From an uncultured Gemmatimonadaceae bacterium (GTDB lineage: Bacteria > Gemmatimonadota > Gemmatimonadetes > Gemmatimonadales > Gemmatimonadaceae), in the NCBI GenBank assembly GCA_963843845.1, contig CAWJMB010000002.1:2016001-2080000 (forward strand): a DNA stretch of 64,000 nucleotides, read 5' to 3'. The translations under genes were made by a program, and so were the position numbers. This document shows, in pieces, positions 54,387 to 64,000 of this stretch. Position 1 is the first letter of the stretch. Every line of letters starts with the position of its first letter. The notes under the pieces are model-generated. The model ran no database searches. It was not told where the DNA came from and saw only the letters and a program-made list of their open reading frames with translations.

Positions 54387-55860
54387 TCAGCGCACCCTCC
54401 CGCGCACGAACTCGACGAACGTGCCGGTCGGCGTACCCGTGGGCCCCTTCGGGATGTAGCCGAGGTCGGACTCGGAATACGCAGTGCCTGCGACGTCGAG
54501 GTGCACCCACGGGTAGTCGGCGAATTCCTTGAGGAACCAGGCCGCCGTGATCGATCCCGCCGCGCGACCGCCGGTGTTCTTGAGATCGGCGACGTCGGAC
54601 TTGATCTGCTCACGGTACTCGTCCCACATCGGCATCTCCCACCCGCGCTCGGACGCACGCGCTCCGGCGGCGAGCACTTCCTGCGCGAGCGCGTCGTCCG
54701 ACCCGAATACGCCGACCGCCGCGTGCCCGAGGCCGATGACGATGGCGCCGGTGAGCGTCGCCGCGTCGATCACGGCGGTCGGCTCGAATCGCTTCACGTA
54801 CGACGAGGCAGTCGGCGAGCACGAGGCGCCCTTCGGCGTCCGTGTTGATGATCTCGATCGTCTTGCCATTCGACGCCCGCACGACGTCGCCTGGCTTCAC
54901 GGCGACGCCGGACGGCATGTTCGTCGTCGCGCCGACCACGCCGACGACGTTGACGGCGAGCTCCATCCGCGCGATCGCCTCGAACGCGCCCAAGACCCCG
55001 GCGGCCCCGCACATGTCGAACTTCATGAACTCCATGCGCTCCGCCGGCTTGATCGAAATGCCGCCGGTGTCGAAGCAGAGTCCCTTTCCGATGAGCGCCA
55101 CCGGCTTCGCGTCGCCGGCGCCGCTGTAGCGCAGCGTGATGAGCTTCGGGTCCTCGGGAGTTCCCTGCGCGACGCAGAGGAACGACCCCATCCGCTCCGC
55201 CTCCATGTCGGCGCGTCCCATGACGTCGACCGTCACCGACGGGAAGCGCCTCGCGATGTCGTGTGCGGTCTCGACGAACGTGTCCGGCGTGCAGACGTTG
55301 CCAGGCATCATCGCGAGGCGTCGCGCGACCGCGTAGCCGTGGGCGAGCGCGACACCGTTCGCGAGCGCCCCGTCGCGCGCTGCGTCCGCGATGATCGTCG
55401 CGCGCTCGAGGCTCGCGCGTCGCTCGTGCTCGGGCGGGAGTGTCAGCAGGTCCGTGTACTTCCACGCGCCGAGGTCGAGCCCCACGGCGATCGCCTCGAC
55501 CGCCGCGTCATCCAGGTCGCTCGCGTAGAAGGCGAGCGCCGGCACGCCGAGCTTCGTCGCGGCGCGAGCCGCGACCGACGCAGCTCGCCGGAGTGCGGCC
55601 GCCCGATCCGTCGCCTTCCCGGTGCCGACGAGCAGCACACGCTCGACGCCGGCCTCCGCGCCCCCGACATGCATCGCCTCGTCGCGCCCACCGCGGAAAT
55701 CGCGGCGGCTCAGCGCGCGGCCGATCGCACCGTGCAGACGATCGCGGTCGAGCGTCGCGAGCGCCTGCGGCACGTCGTCGCCGCTGCCCAACGCGACGAC
55801 GAGCAGTGGCGTGTCGAGCGACTCGGCCGCCGACTGGGTGAGTGATAGTTCGATCGACAT
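54387..55860 (-). CDS. pepA: Leucyl aminopeptidase, M17 family (frameshift near 54808)
   Basis: GKGLCFDTGG, MKFDMCGAA, NTDAEGRLVLAD, ATLTGA, WVHLDVAGT. Confidence 0.95.
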
Positions 55861-55862
55861 CG

Positions 55863-57113
<1,251 letters not shown>

Positions 57114-57172
57114 GGTCGGTGCGCGGTGCAGTAGGTAACGAGAAAATGCGCGGCAATCAGTTTGCCGCGCAG

Positions 57173-57255
57173 TGCCGGGGACGGGACTCGAACCCGTATG
57201 CCCTTGCGGACAGAGGTTTTTGAGACCTCCGCGTATACCATTCCGCCACCCCGGC
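57173..57255 (-). tRNA. tRNA-Leu(CAA); CCA end not encoded
   Basis: GCCGGGG acceptor stem, D-loop GGAATGG, anticodon arm GAGGT-CTCAAAA-ACCTC, long variable arm, T-loop GTTCGAG. Confidence 0.95.
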
Positions 57256-57284
57256 CTCGCGTCGCGATCGCGACGGACCACGGC

Positions 57285-57313
57285 AAGCTAGCCCGCCACC
57301 GTCCTCGACTCAA
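57285..57313 (-). promoter_or_regulatory. Sigma70-type promoter of tRNA-Leu (possibly also icd)
   Basis: TTGAGT-N17-TAGCTT. Confidence 0.55.
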
Positions 57314-57338
57314 CGCGCCGCGCACGCAGCGCGTGCGG

Positions 57339-57833
57339 CTACGGCTGCGGGTCGTTCGCGCGTCGCTGCCGGAGCTGCTGCGCCGCGCGCAACGCACGTT
57401 CCTGGAGGGCGAGGAAATCTGCCCGCTGGCGCGGCGTGAGAAAGCGCGCCAGCTCGCGCTGCTCGTCGCCAAGCAGCGATGCGCGCCGCTGTTGCAACCG
57501 CACGAGGTCATCGAGCCGACGCCCGACCTCGGCCTGATTCGTGGAATCCGGCGCGAGTGCGAGTGCCGCGCGCAGTCCACGGCGTGCGTCCCGCTCCTGC
57601 GCGATCAGCGTCTGCCGCTGCGTCGCGAACCGGTCCGTGGTCTCGCGCAGCCGGCTCATCTGCTCGCCGTTCAGGCGGAGTCGCTGCTGCACCACCTGGG
57701 CGAGACGCTGCTGCACTTGGGCGCGACGTGCCGGCGCGGGCGACTGGCCGCGCTCGACCTGCTGTCCGGCGACGGAACCGAGCGGTACCAGCGCGAGCCA
57801 CGCACCGGCGAGGATCCATCGGCGTCGGATCAT
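57339..57833 (-). CDS. Secreted helical Spy/CpxP/ZraP-like periplasmic protein
   Basis: Signal peptide, LRLNGEQ and FLTPRQRA (LTxxQ-type) motifs; ATGA-coupled to the anti-sigma gene. Confidence 0.7.
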   Translation of the reverse strand: MIRRRWILAGAWLALVPLGSVAGQQVERGQSPAPARRAQVQQRLAQVVQQRLRLNGEQMSRLRETTDRFATQRQTLIAQERDARRGLRAALALAPDSTNQAEVGRRLDDLVRLQQRRASLLGDEQRELARFLTPRQRADFLALQERALRAAQQLRQRRANDPQP

Positions 57834-58573
57834 GGATTCCTCGTCAGCTTGACGACCGAGCCGATGGGCTCCGGGTCGAGCGGCAGCGTGCCCCCGTCGT
57901 CGGCGACCGCGCGTACGATCGCGTCGAGCTCGTCGTCGGACAGATCGGCGAAGGTCGCCCCCAACGCCGCCGTCACGGCGAGCGCCGCGCGCGGACTCGC
58001 CGGGGGCGAGTCCAACGATGCCACGACGGTCGGCGGTTCCGTGACGGCGGAGGAGCGCGACTCAGGCGCCGCGGACGGCGCCGCGTCTGCCGTGCGCGCG
58101 GCCGGCGCCACTGGCGGCGCGATGGCCACCGGCGGGGCGATCGGGCCACTCGTCGCGCGGCTCCGGAGGGCGCCCCCGATACCGAGCGCGGCGATCACGA
58201 TTCCTGCGGCGATGCGAAGCGGCGCGCTCGACCACGCCGCCCGGCGCGTGACTCGCGAGTGGCGCCGTGCGTCGCGTACCACGGCCAGAACCGGCCCGTC
58301 GGCGTGCGCGAGGGGCTCGTGCGGTGCGGCCGCGCCGACACCGGAGGTCGAGCCGCGCGAGAGAGCGACCGCGCGCGCGATGGCGGCGACGTCGACGCGC
58401 GGCGCCGCTGCGACGATCGTCTGCCCCATCGCCCGCACGAGTGCCAGCTCTGCCGCGCACTCGGTGCACCCGTCGACGTGCACGAGGATCGCATCGCGCT
58501 CGGACGCTGGCAGCCGATCGTGCAGCAGCTCGGGCAGCCGGTCTCGCAGGTCGATCATCTCGCACTCACGCAT
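57830..58573 (-). CDS. Zinc-binding (ZAS) transmembrane anti-sigma factor
   Basis: HVDGCTEC matches HxxxCxxC; one TM segment; overlaps the sigma gene. Confidence 0.8.
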   Translation of the reverse strand: MRECEMIDLRDRLPELLHDRLPASERDAILVHVDGCTECAAELALVRAMGQTIVAAAPRVDVAAIARAVALSRGSTSGVGAAAPHEPLAHADGPVLAVVRDARRHSRVTRRAAWSSAPLRIAAGIVIAALGIGGALRSRATSGPIAPPVAIAPPVAPAARTADAAPSAAPESRSSAVTEPPTVVASLDSPPASPRAALAVTAALGATFADLSDDELDAIVRAVADDGGTLPLDPEPIGSVVKLTRNP

Positions 58574-59120
58574 CGACGAACTCCTTCAGCGCCCGCATGG
58601 CGTTGTGGTAATGCACTCGTGCCGCTCCCTCTGTCGTCCCGGCGATCTCCGCGACTTCCCGGTACGACCGCCCCTCGGCGACCCGCAGCACGAAGACTTC
58701 GCGTTGCAGCGGCGAGAGCCGGCGCAGCGCCTGCTCCAACCGTCCCTCGGTCTCTTCGGCGACGACGGCGTCGAGCGCCGTGTGCTCGGTCGCCGCGTCG
58801 GCTTCGCCATCCTGGAATCGAGCACGATGCCGCGCGAGCGACCGCCGCCGGTCGAGCACGAGCCGCCGCTCGATCGTGAACAGCCACGTCCGCAGCGAGC
58901 TGTCGTTGCGAAAGCTCTCGAGGGCGCCGAAGGCGCGAACGAACGTGTCCTGCACCAACTCATCGATCTCCGACCGCTCGCCCAGGCTCGCGGCGAAGCG
59001 AGCGAGCGCCGGCGCGTGGCGCTCGACCAGGTCGGTCGCCGCCCGCTCGTCGCCCGCTCGGAACCGCTCGATGAGCTGCGAGTCGACATCCGCCTCCTCG
59101 TCGTGGATCGCCTCGGTCAT
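58566..59120 (-). CDS. ECF sigma-70 family factor
   Basis: DELVQDTFVRAF...FR..SSLRTWLFTI; region 4 LSPLQREVFVL...SYREVAE...H. Confidence 0.93.
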   Translation of the reverse strand: MTEAIHDEEADVDSQLIERFRAGDERAATDLVERHAPALARFAASLGERSEIDELVQDTFVRAFGALESFRNDSSLRTWLFTIERRLVLDRRRSLARHRARFQDGEADAATEHTALDAVVAEETEGRLEQALRRLSPLQREVFVLRVAEGRSYREVAEIAGTTEGAARVHYHNAMRALKEFVDA

Positions 59121-59189
59121 TTGCTATCGGAGTGGACGGACGCGTAGGCCGAACGTTAAGCTCGTCGCTCCGCGCACCCATGAGGAGCC

Positions 59190-59894
59190 ATGTCGCGTCG
59201 TCCCGAAATCATCGCGCACCGCGGAGTGCCGCACGAACACGCGGAGAACTCGCTCGCCGGCTTCCTCGCGGCCATCGCGCTCGGTGCCGACGCAATCGAG
59301 CTGGACGTCCAGGTGACGGCGGACGGCCATCCGGTCGTGCACCACGATCCTCGGCTCGGACGTCCCGCCGTTCCGAACGCGCGCCTCGCGGGCCGCGAGA
59401 TCGCAGCGCTGACGCTGGCCGAACTGCGAGCGCACGAGCTGACGCCGGGCATCGGCGTGCCGACGCTCGACGAGGTGCTCGAGACGGTGGCCGGTCGCGC
59501 GACGGTCTACGTCGAAGTCAAGGCACGAGAAGCAGCCGATGCCGTCGCTGCCCTCCTGCGCGGGCGGGAGGCATGGACTTCCGTCCACGCATTCGATCAC
59601 CGCGTTCCGGCCCGCGTGAGTCGCCTGCTACCGTCGCTGCACACCGGGGTGCTGTCGTCGAGCTACCTGACCGACAACGTGGCGCCGATGCGGCTGGCTG
59701 GTGCGCGCGACTTGTGGCAGCACCGAGACATGATCGACGTCGATCTCGTCTCCGCCGTACACAAGGTCGGCGGGCGCGTCGTGGCGTGGACGGTCAACGA
59801 GCCAGCCGACATGACGCGCCTGGCCGCCCTCGGCATCGATGCCATCTGCACAGACGTCCCCGCGGCCGCGCTCCAGCGACTCTCGGGGACGTGA
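59190..59894 (+). CDS. Glycerophosphodiester phosphodiesterase family protein
   Basis: IIAHRG, ENSL, IELDV...VVHHD, AWTVN, ICTD; RBS GAGGAG. Confidence 0.93.
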   Translation: MSRRPEIIAHRGVPHEHAENSLAGFLAAIALGADAIELDVQVTADGHPVVHHDPRLGRPAVPNARLAGREIAALTLAELRAHELTPGIGVPTLDEVLETVAGRATVYVEVKAREAADAVAALLRGREAWTSVHAFDHRVPARVSRLLPSLHTGVLSSSYLTDNVAPMRLAGARDLWQHRDMIDVDLVSAVHKVGGRVVAWTVNEPADMTRLAALGIDAICTDVPAAALQRLSGT

Positions 59895-59921
59895 GCGAGC
59901 GCTCCGGCGCTCCGGCTTCCG

Positions 59922-60314
59922 TCAGCGGGTTCCGGTGTCGGTCGGCGACACGGTATCGGCGGACGGTGGCGGCGAGGCCGATGGTCCGTCCGACGGAGTG
60001 CCGGCGCCGCCTTCGCCCTCCTCCGGGTAGCCCTCCTTTCGCCGCCCCTGGATCGCATCGAGTTGCGCCTCGAGCCGCGTCGCTTCGGCTTCGTGCTGGG
60101 CGAGGGTCGCGCTCATGCGCTCGTAGGTCGGGGCGTCGAGATCCGACCCCGCGCTCCGCGCGCGGAATACGGCATACCCGAGCGTCTCTGCCGCCTTGTC
60201 CGCGTGCTGGCGGGCGCGGAACGCGTCGAGGCGGATCCGCCCCTCGTCGAGCGCGTCCTGCGCGACGCGGCCGGCGCGGTCGAGCTCCTGCTTGACCTTA
60301 TCCCAGATCGGCAT
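59922..60314 (-). CDS. Hypothetical protein: helical/coiled-coil N-terminus, disordered tail
   Basis: 130-aa ORF with GAGGA RBS and typical codon usage. Confidence 0.7.
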   Translation of the reverse strand: MPIWDKVKQELDRAGRVAQDALDEGRIRLDAFRARQHADKAAETLGYAVFRARSAGSDLDAPTYERMSATLAQHEAEATRLEAQLDAIQGRRKEGYPEEGEGGAGTPSDGPSASPPPSADTVSPTDTGTR

Positions 60315-60389
60315 GTCAGTCCTCGTAGTCAGAGAGTGCGAACAGATGCGGACTCTACGCGCAAATCTGACACCGAGTTACGAATACGA

Positions 60390-60417
60390 CGAAGCCCTCG
60401 CGGTGGCGAGGGCTTCG
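60390..60417 (-). terminator. Hairpin terminator after rpmA
   Basis: 12-bp stem cgaagccctcgc / gcgagggcttcg, 4-nt loop. Confidence 0.6.
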
Positions 60418-60436
60418 GAACGGTCGGACCGGAAGA

Positions 60437-60739
60437 TCAGGCGACGGCGCCCTGCGCCGCGTCCGCGTCGATCGACGCCAGCGCCTGCGCCGGATACACG
60501 CTGATGCGCTGCCGCATCTTGTTCTTGTGCTCGAACTTCACGACCCCATCGATGAGCGAGTAGATCGTGTAATCCCGGCCGAGTCCGACGTTCTTGCCGG
60601 GGTGCCACTTCGTGCCGCACTGGCGGACGATGATGTTCCCTGCGATGACCGCCTCCCCGCCGAACTTCTTGACCCCGCGGTACTGCGGATTCGAGTCGCG
60701 CCCGTTTCTGGACGAGCCGACGCCCTTTTTATGTGCCAT
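60437..60739 (-). CDS. rpmA: 50S ribosomal protein L27
   Basis: [23 protein letters not shown]. Confidence 0.98.
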   Translation of the reverse strand: MAHKKGVGSSRNGRDSNPQYRGVKKFGGEAVIAGNIIVRQCGTKWHPGKNVGLGRDYTIYSLIDGVVKFEHKNKMRQRISVYPAQALASIDADAAQGAVA

Positions 60740-60750
60740 CGTGTCGCTCG

Positions 60751-61068
60751 TTATCCGAGGGTGATGTCTTTGATGCGAACTTCGGTATAGCCCTGCCGGT
60801 GCCCCTGCTTGCGGGCGTAGTTCTTCCGGCGCTTGAACTTGAAGACGACGATCTTGTCGCCGAGCCCGTGCTTGACGATCTCGCCCACGACCTTCGCACC
60901 CGAGAGCGTCGGGACGCCGAGGCGCACGTTGCCGTCGGCAGAGCCGAGGAGCACGTCGGAGAACTCCACGGAAGCCCCGGCCTCACCCTGGAGGCTCGGA
61001 ATGCGAAGCGTCTTGCCAGGCTCGGCGCGGAACTGCTTGCCGCCGGAGCGGAAGATGGCGTAGGTCAT
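60751..61068 (-). CDS. rplU: 50S ribosomal protein L21
   Basis: [26 protein letters not shown]. Confidence 0.98.
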   Translation of the reverse strand: MTYAIFRSGGKQFRAEPGKTLRIPSLQGEAGASVEFSDVLLGSADGNVRLGVPTLSGAKVVGEIVKHGLGDKIVVFKFKRRKNYARKQGHRQGYTEVRIKDITLG

Positions 61069-61101
61069 GAGCGGTGCGATGCGGTGACGTGACAGCCTAG
61101 A

Positions 61102-61130
61102 ACCATATCCCGTCACGACTTACGTGTCAA
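61102..61130 (-). promoter_or_regulatory. Sigma70-type promoter of rplU-rpmA
   Basis: TTGACA-N17-TATGGT. Confidence 0.7.
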
Positions 61131-61135
61131 CGGCT

Positions 61136-62697
61136 TCAGGCCACCGCGTACTGCGTGCGTCACGTCGCGCCCCTGCCCTTTCACGACGAGCTTGAACTCG
61201 TCGGGCTTGAGCAGTGGGTCATCGCGCAACTCGAGCGCGAATCCGACGGACTTTTCCAGCTTGCGCAGGAGGTCCCGCTCCTCGGTCAACACATGGAGCG
61301 CCGTCTCCGGATGCAGGCGAACCACGAGGCTCTCCTTCCGGTTGTCGGACGCCATACGGCGCACCGAGCGTTCCATCCGACGGAGAATGGTCTCCGGCGT
61401 GAAGACGCGGCCGGTGCCGGCACACGTCGGACACGCCGCCGTCATGTTCTGCAGGTGACTCTGGCGCACCCGCTGCCGCGTCATCTCGATGAGGCCGAGC
61501 TCGCTGACCGCGTAGGCTTTCGTCCGCGCTCGGTCGCGGGAGAGGTGGTTACGCAGTTCCTGGAGCACGCGGTCCCGGTTCGCCTGCGTCTCCATGTCGA
61601 TGAAGTCACAGACCACGATCCCGCCGACGTCACGGAGCCGGAGTTGGCGGGCGATCTCGCGGGCCGCTTCCGTGTTCGTCTTGAGACTCGTCTTCTCGGG
61701 GTCCTTCTTGCCGATGTACCGTCCCGAGTTCACGTCGATGGAGACGAGCGCCTCCGTCTGCTCGATGACGAGATATCCTCCCGACGGCAAGTCGCACCGG
61801 CGCTTGAACAGATCGCGGATCTCGGTCTCGATCTCGTACTTGTCGAACAGCGGCGTCGACTCTTCGTAGAGCTTGACGCGGTTCGCGAGGTCGGGCGCGA
61901 TCTCGGTCAGATATTCGACGATCTCGCCGTACACCTGGCGCGAGTCGACCACGAGCGACTCGACCTTGTCGCTGAACACGTCGCGCATGAGGCTCCGCGT
62001 CATGTTCGTCTCGCGGTGCACGAGCGACGGCGCACGAACGAAGCGCTTCTTCTTGACGATGCGCTTCCACGCGTTGATGAGCGTCGTGAGCTCGCGTCCG
62101 AACGTCTCCTGCGACGCGTCCTCGCTCACCGTGCGGACGATGACGCCTCCCTCGTCCTTCGGGAGCACCGCACCCGACGAGCTCCTTGAGTCGGCGACGC
62201 TCCTCGCGGTCGGAGATCTTCCGGCTCACACCGACGCGCGACGCGTGCGGCATGTAGACGACGAAGCGTCCGGCGAGAGACACCTGCGCGGTGACGCGCG
62301 GCCCCTTCGTCGAGATCGGTTCCTTCGAGACCTGAACGAGGATCTCCTGCCCCTTCTTCAGCGCCTCCTCGATGGACGGCGCGGCGGCACGACGTCTGGC
62401 GGCCGGCGACCGTTCGGCGCCGGCTCGTCGTCGTCATCGTCGTCGTCGTCGTCCGGCTCGCCGCCCTCGTCGAACACGAGGTCGGAGGCGTGGAGGAACG
62501 CGGCCTTCTCCGTGCCGATGTTGACGAACGCGGCCTGGATGCCCGGGAGAACCGCTTCGACCTTACCGAGGTAGACGTCGCCGACCGAGCGGCGGCTGTC
62601 CGGGCGCTCGACGAGGAGCTCGACGAGCTGGTCGTCCTCGAGGATGGCGACGCGGGTCTCGCCGGTCGCCGGCATTGATCAGAATGTCTCGCTTCAT
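61136..62697 (-). CDS. rng: RNase E/G family ribonuclease (several frameshifts)
   Basis: ETRVAILED, GIQAAFVNIG, SLAGRFVV, IDVNSG, LRLRDVGGIVVCDFIDM, GLIEMTRQR, CPTC. Confidence 0.93.
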
Positions 62698-63081
62698 CAC
62701 GACTCGCCGCCACGCTCCGCCACGGCGACTCGGCGCGGCGACGCGGCGGGCGCATCGAAAAGGTGGCGACGCGCGCCCGGCGCCATCGGCGGCTCGGCAC
62801 GTCGTTCATGGACTGTCGCCACGGTCCGCCCGCGTCGATCGGAAACACGGCGTCCGCCGGCGCGCCCGACTCGCCCGCGGCCGCGAGGGCCGGCGAGCGG
62901 GGGCGCTCCGAGTCGGAGCGGACGCACATGCGATCGATTGCGCGCATCGCCTGCGGGTGGACGTGGCAAGGCGCATCCGCGCCGAGCGTGGACGCTCGAA
63001 AGGGGATGCGCATAGCGGGGCGCGTCGGAGTCGCCCGACGCTGCACACGCGCTCGGCGCGTGGTACCCGTGCCTCCGGACA

Positions 63082-63109
63082 ACGTTACGGTCACGCCACC
63101 GCCCCGCAA
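63082..63109 (-). promoter_or_regulatory. Candidate promoter about 380 nt upstream of the RNase E/G gene
   Basis: TTGCGG-N16-TAACGT, the only AT-rich promoter-like box in the 445-nt intergenic region. Confidence 0.4.
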
Positions 63110-63142
63110 CAAAGCCGACGCCGCCCCGCCGGCCGATGCGCC

Positions 63143-63712
63143 TCAGAATCCTCGCCGCATGCGGAAGTACAGCCAGGCGATCGCGAGCGACGTAGACGAG
63201 CCCCGCCTGCCACTCGCGGTGCCGGAGATAGAGCGCGATGCTGAACGGCTCGACGCTCGGCGACCTACCAGTCGCGCCACGGAAGCAGGCGCGGCACGAA
63301 CGACGGCACGTGCCGGGCCCACTCGGCATACGCGTCCGGATAGAGAGCGCTCACGTACTCGCGCTCGCGACGGATCGTCGGTCCGTAGACGGCTGCCCAG
63401 AACAGTGCCACGGCGAGCAGCAGCCACGGGCTCGCGATGAGCGCGAACCCGCAGGCGATGAGAAAGCTGCCGAAGTACAGCGGGTTCCGGGTGTGCGCGT
63501 ACGGCCCGGTCGTCGCGAGCCGATCGTTCTTCACGATGTGTCCCGCCGCCCACGCCGCGCATCCCCACGCCGAGGAGCGCGATGCCCGCCCCGATCGCGA
63601 AGCTGAGGGGCTGCGGCCTGGCGAAGACGAGGTACAGCGACGCGACCGCGAACCCGATCGGGACGCGGAATTTCTGAACGAATGCGCCGCGACTGCGAAC
63701 CGGCTCGCTCAA
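63143..63712 (-). CDS. Isoprenylcysteine carboxylmethyltransferase/PEMT family membrane protein (frameshifted)
   Basis: LATTGPYAHTRNPLYFGS, RRE, Y..Y..W...VPSFVP. Confidence 0.85.
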   Translation of the reverse strand: MSEPVRSRGAFVQKFRVPIGFAVASLYLVFARPQPLSFAIGAGIALLGVGMRGVGGGTHREERSARDDRAVRAHPEPAVLRQLSHRLRVRAHREPVAAARRGTVLGSRLRTDDPSRARVRERSLSGRVCRVGPARAVVRAAPASVARLVGRRASSRSASRSISGTASGRRGSSTSLAIAWLYFRMRRGF

Positions 63713-64000
63713 CCCGCGAGCTCCCGCAGCAGGTGACGCGAGATGACGAGCCGCTGCACCTCGCTCGTTCCCTCACCGATCTCGCAGATCTTCGCGTCAC
63801 GCATCATCCGCTCGACGGGGTAGTCCTTCGTGTAGCCGTACCCGCCGTGGACCTGGATCGACTTGATCGTGGCGCGCATCGACAGCTCCGAGCAGAAGAG
63901 CTTGGCCATCGCGGCCTCCTTGCCGAAGGGGCGTCCCGCCTGCGCGAGCCGCGTCGCCGACCAGAGCAGGTGCTTCCCGGCCTCGATCTCGGTCGCGAGG
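63709..64000 (-). CDS. Acyl-CoA dehydrogenase, 3' part only
   Basis: AMAKLF, QVHGGYGY..DYPVERMMRDAKICEIGEGTSEVQR. Confidence 0.93.
   Translation of the reverse strand, partial: LATEIEAGKHLLWSATRLAQAGRPFGKEAAMAKLFCSELSMRATIKSIQVHGGYGYTKDYPVERMMRDAKICEIGEGTSEVQRLVISRHLLRELAG

Noticed and set aside
57173..57340. tRNA-Leu as an integration site for a genomic island
   Set aside because: No integrase, no duplicated tRNA 3' end, no compositional shift; icd follows directly.
62425..62452. (GAC)n trinucleotide run
   Set aside because: It simply encodes a poly-Asp linker in the RNase E/G S1 region.
61136..64000. Frameshifts in the RNase E/G and ICMT genes
   Set aside because: Same error pattern at the other end of the window.

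Overview
A high-GC bacterial core-genome segment (roughly 70% GC by eye). Protein style and gene order suggest Gemmatimonadota; this is an inference. Nearly all genes lie on the minus strand. In transcription order, right to left: acyl-CoA dehydrogenase (partial), an ICMT-family protein, RNase E/G, rplU-rpmA, an ECF sigma / zinc anti-sigma / Spy-like cassette, tRNA-Leu(CAA), icd-pepA, a plug-domain outer-membrane barrel, yicC-gmk-rpoZ-UDG-dnaB-radA-ispD-tsaC-LMW phosphatase-aroE-comF, gap-pgk-tpiA-secG-carA, HU/IHF, moaDEA, mdh-sdhCAB, a complete nuoA-N operon with TWO tandem nuoM genes, PMM/PGM, UPF0182, sucCD, an EIIA-CBS fusion, ndk, yceD-rpmF-plsX-fabH-fabD-fabG-acpP-fabF and mqnE (partial). 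Only dcd and a GDPD-family gene are on the plus strand. I found no rRNA, CRISPR array, prophage or IS element. Many essential genes in 1-9 kb and 61-64 kb carry single-base frameshifts, most likely long-read consensus errors. The strongest signals are: (1) a strand-polarised heptamer GTTAGGC that accounts for most of the rare TTA codons; (2) a duplicated NuoM whose extra copy has a shortened TM8, without the lengthened NuoL helix typical of described 2M complexes; (3) an outer-membrane protein dense in Bacteroidota-type O-glycosylation sequons D(S/T)(A/I/L/V/M/T); (4) a Rex-like operator just downstream of the nuo promoter; (5) structured leaders in front of the RNase E/G gene and gap. All calls were made by eye, with no database searches.
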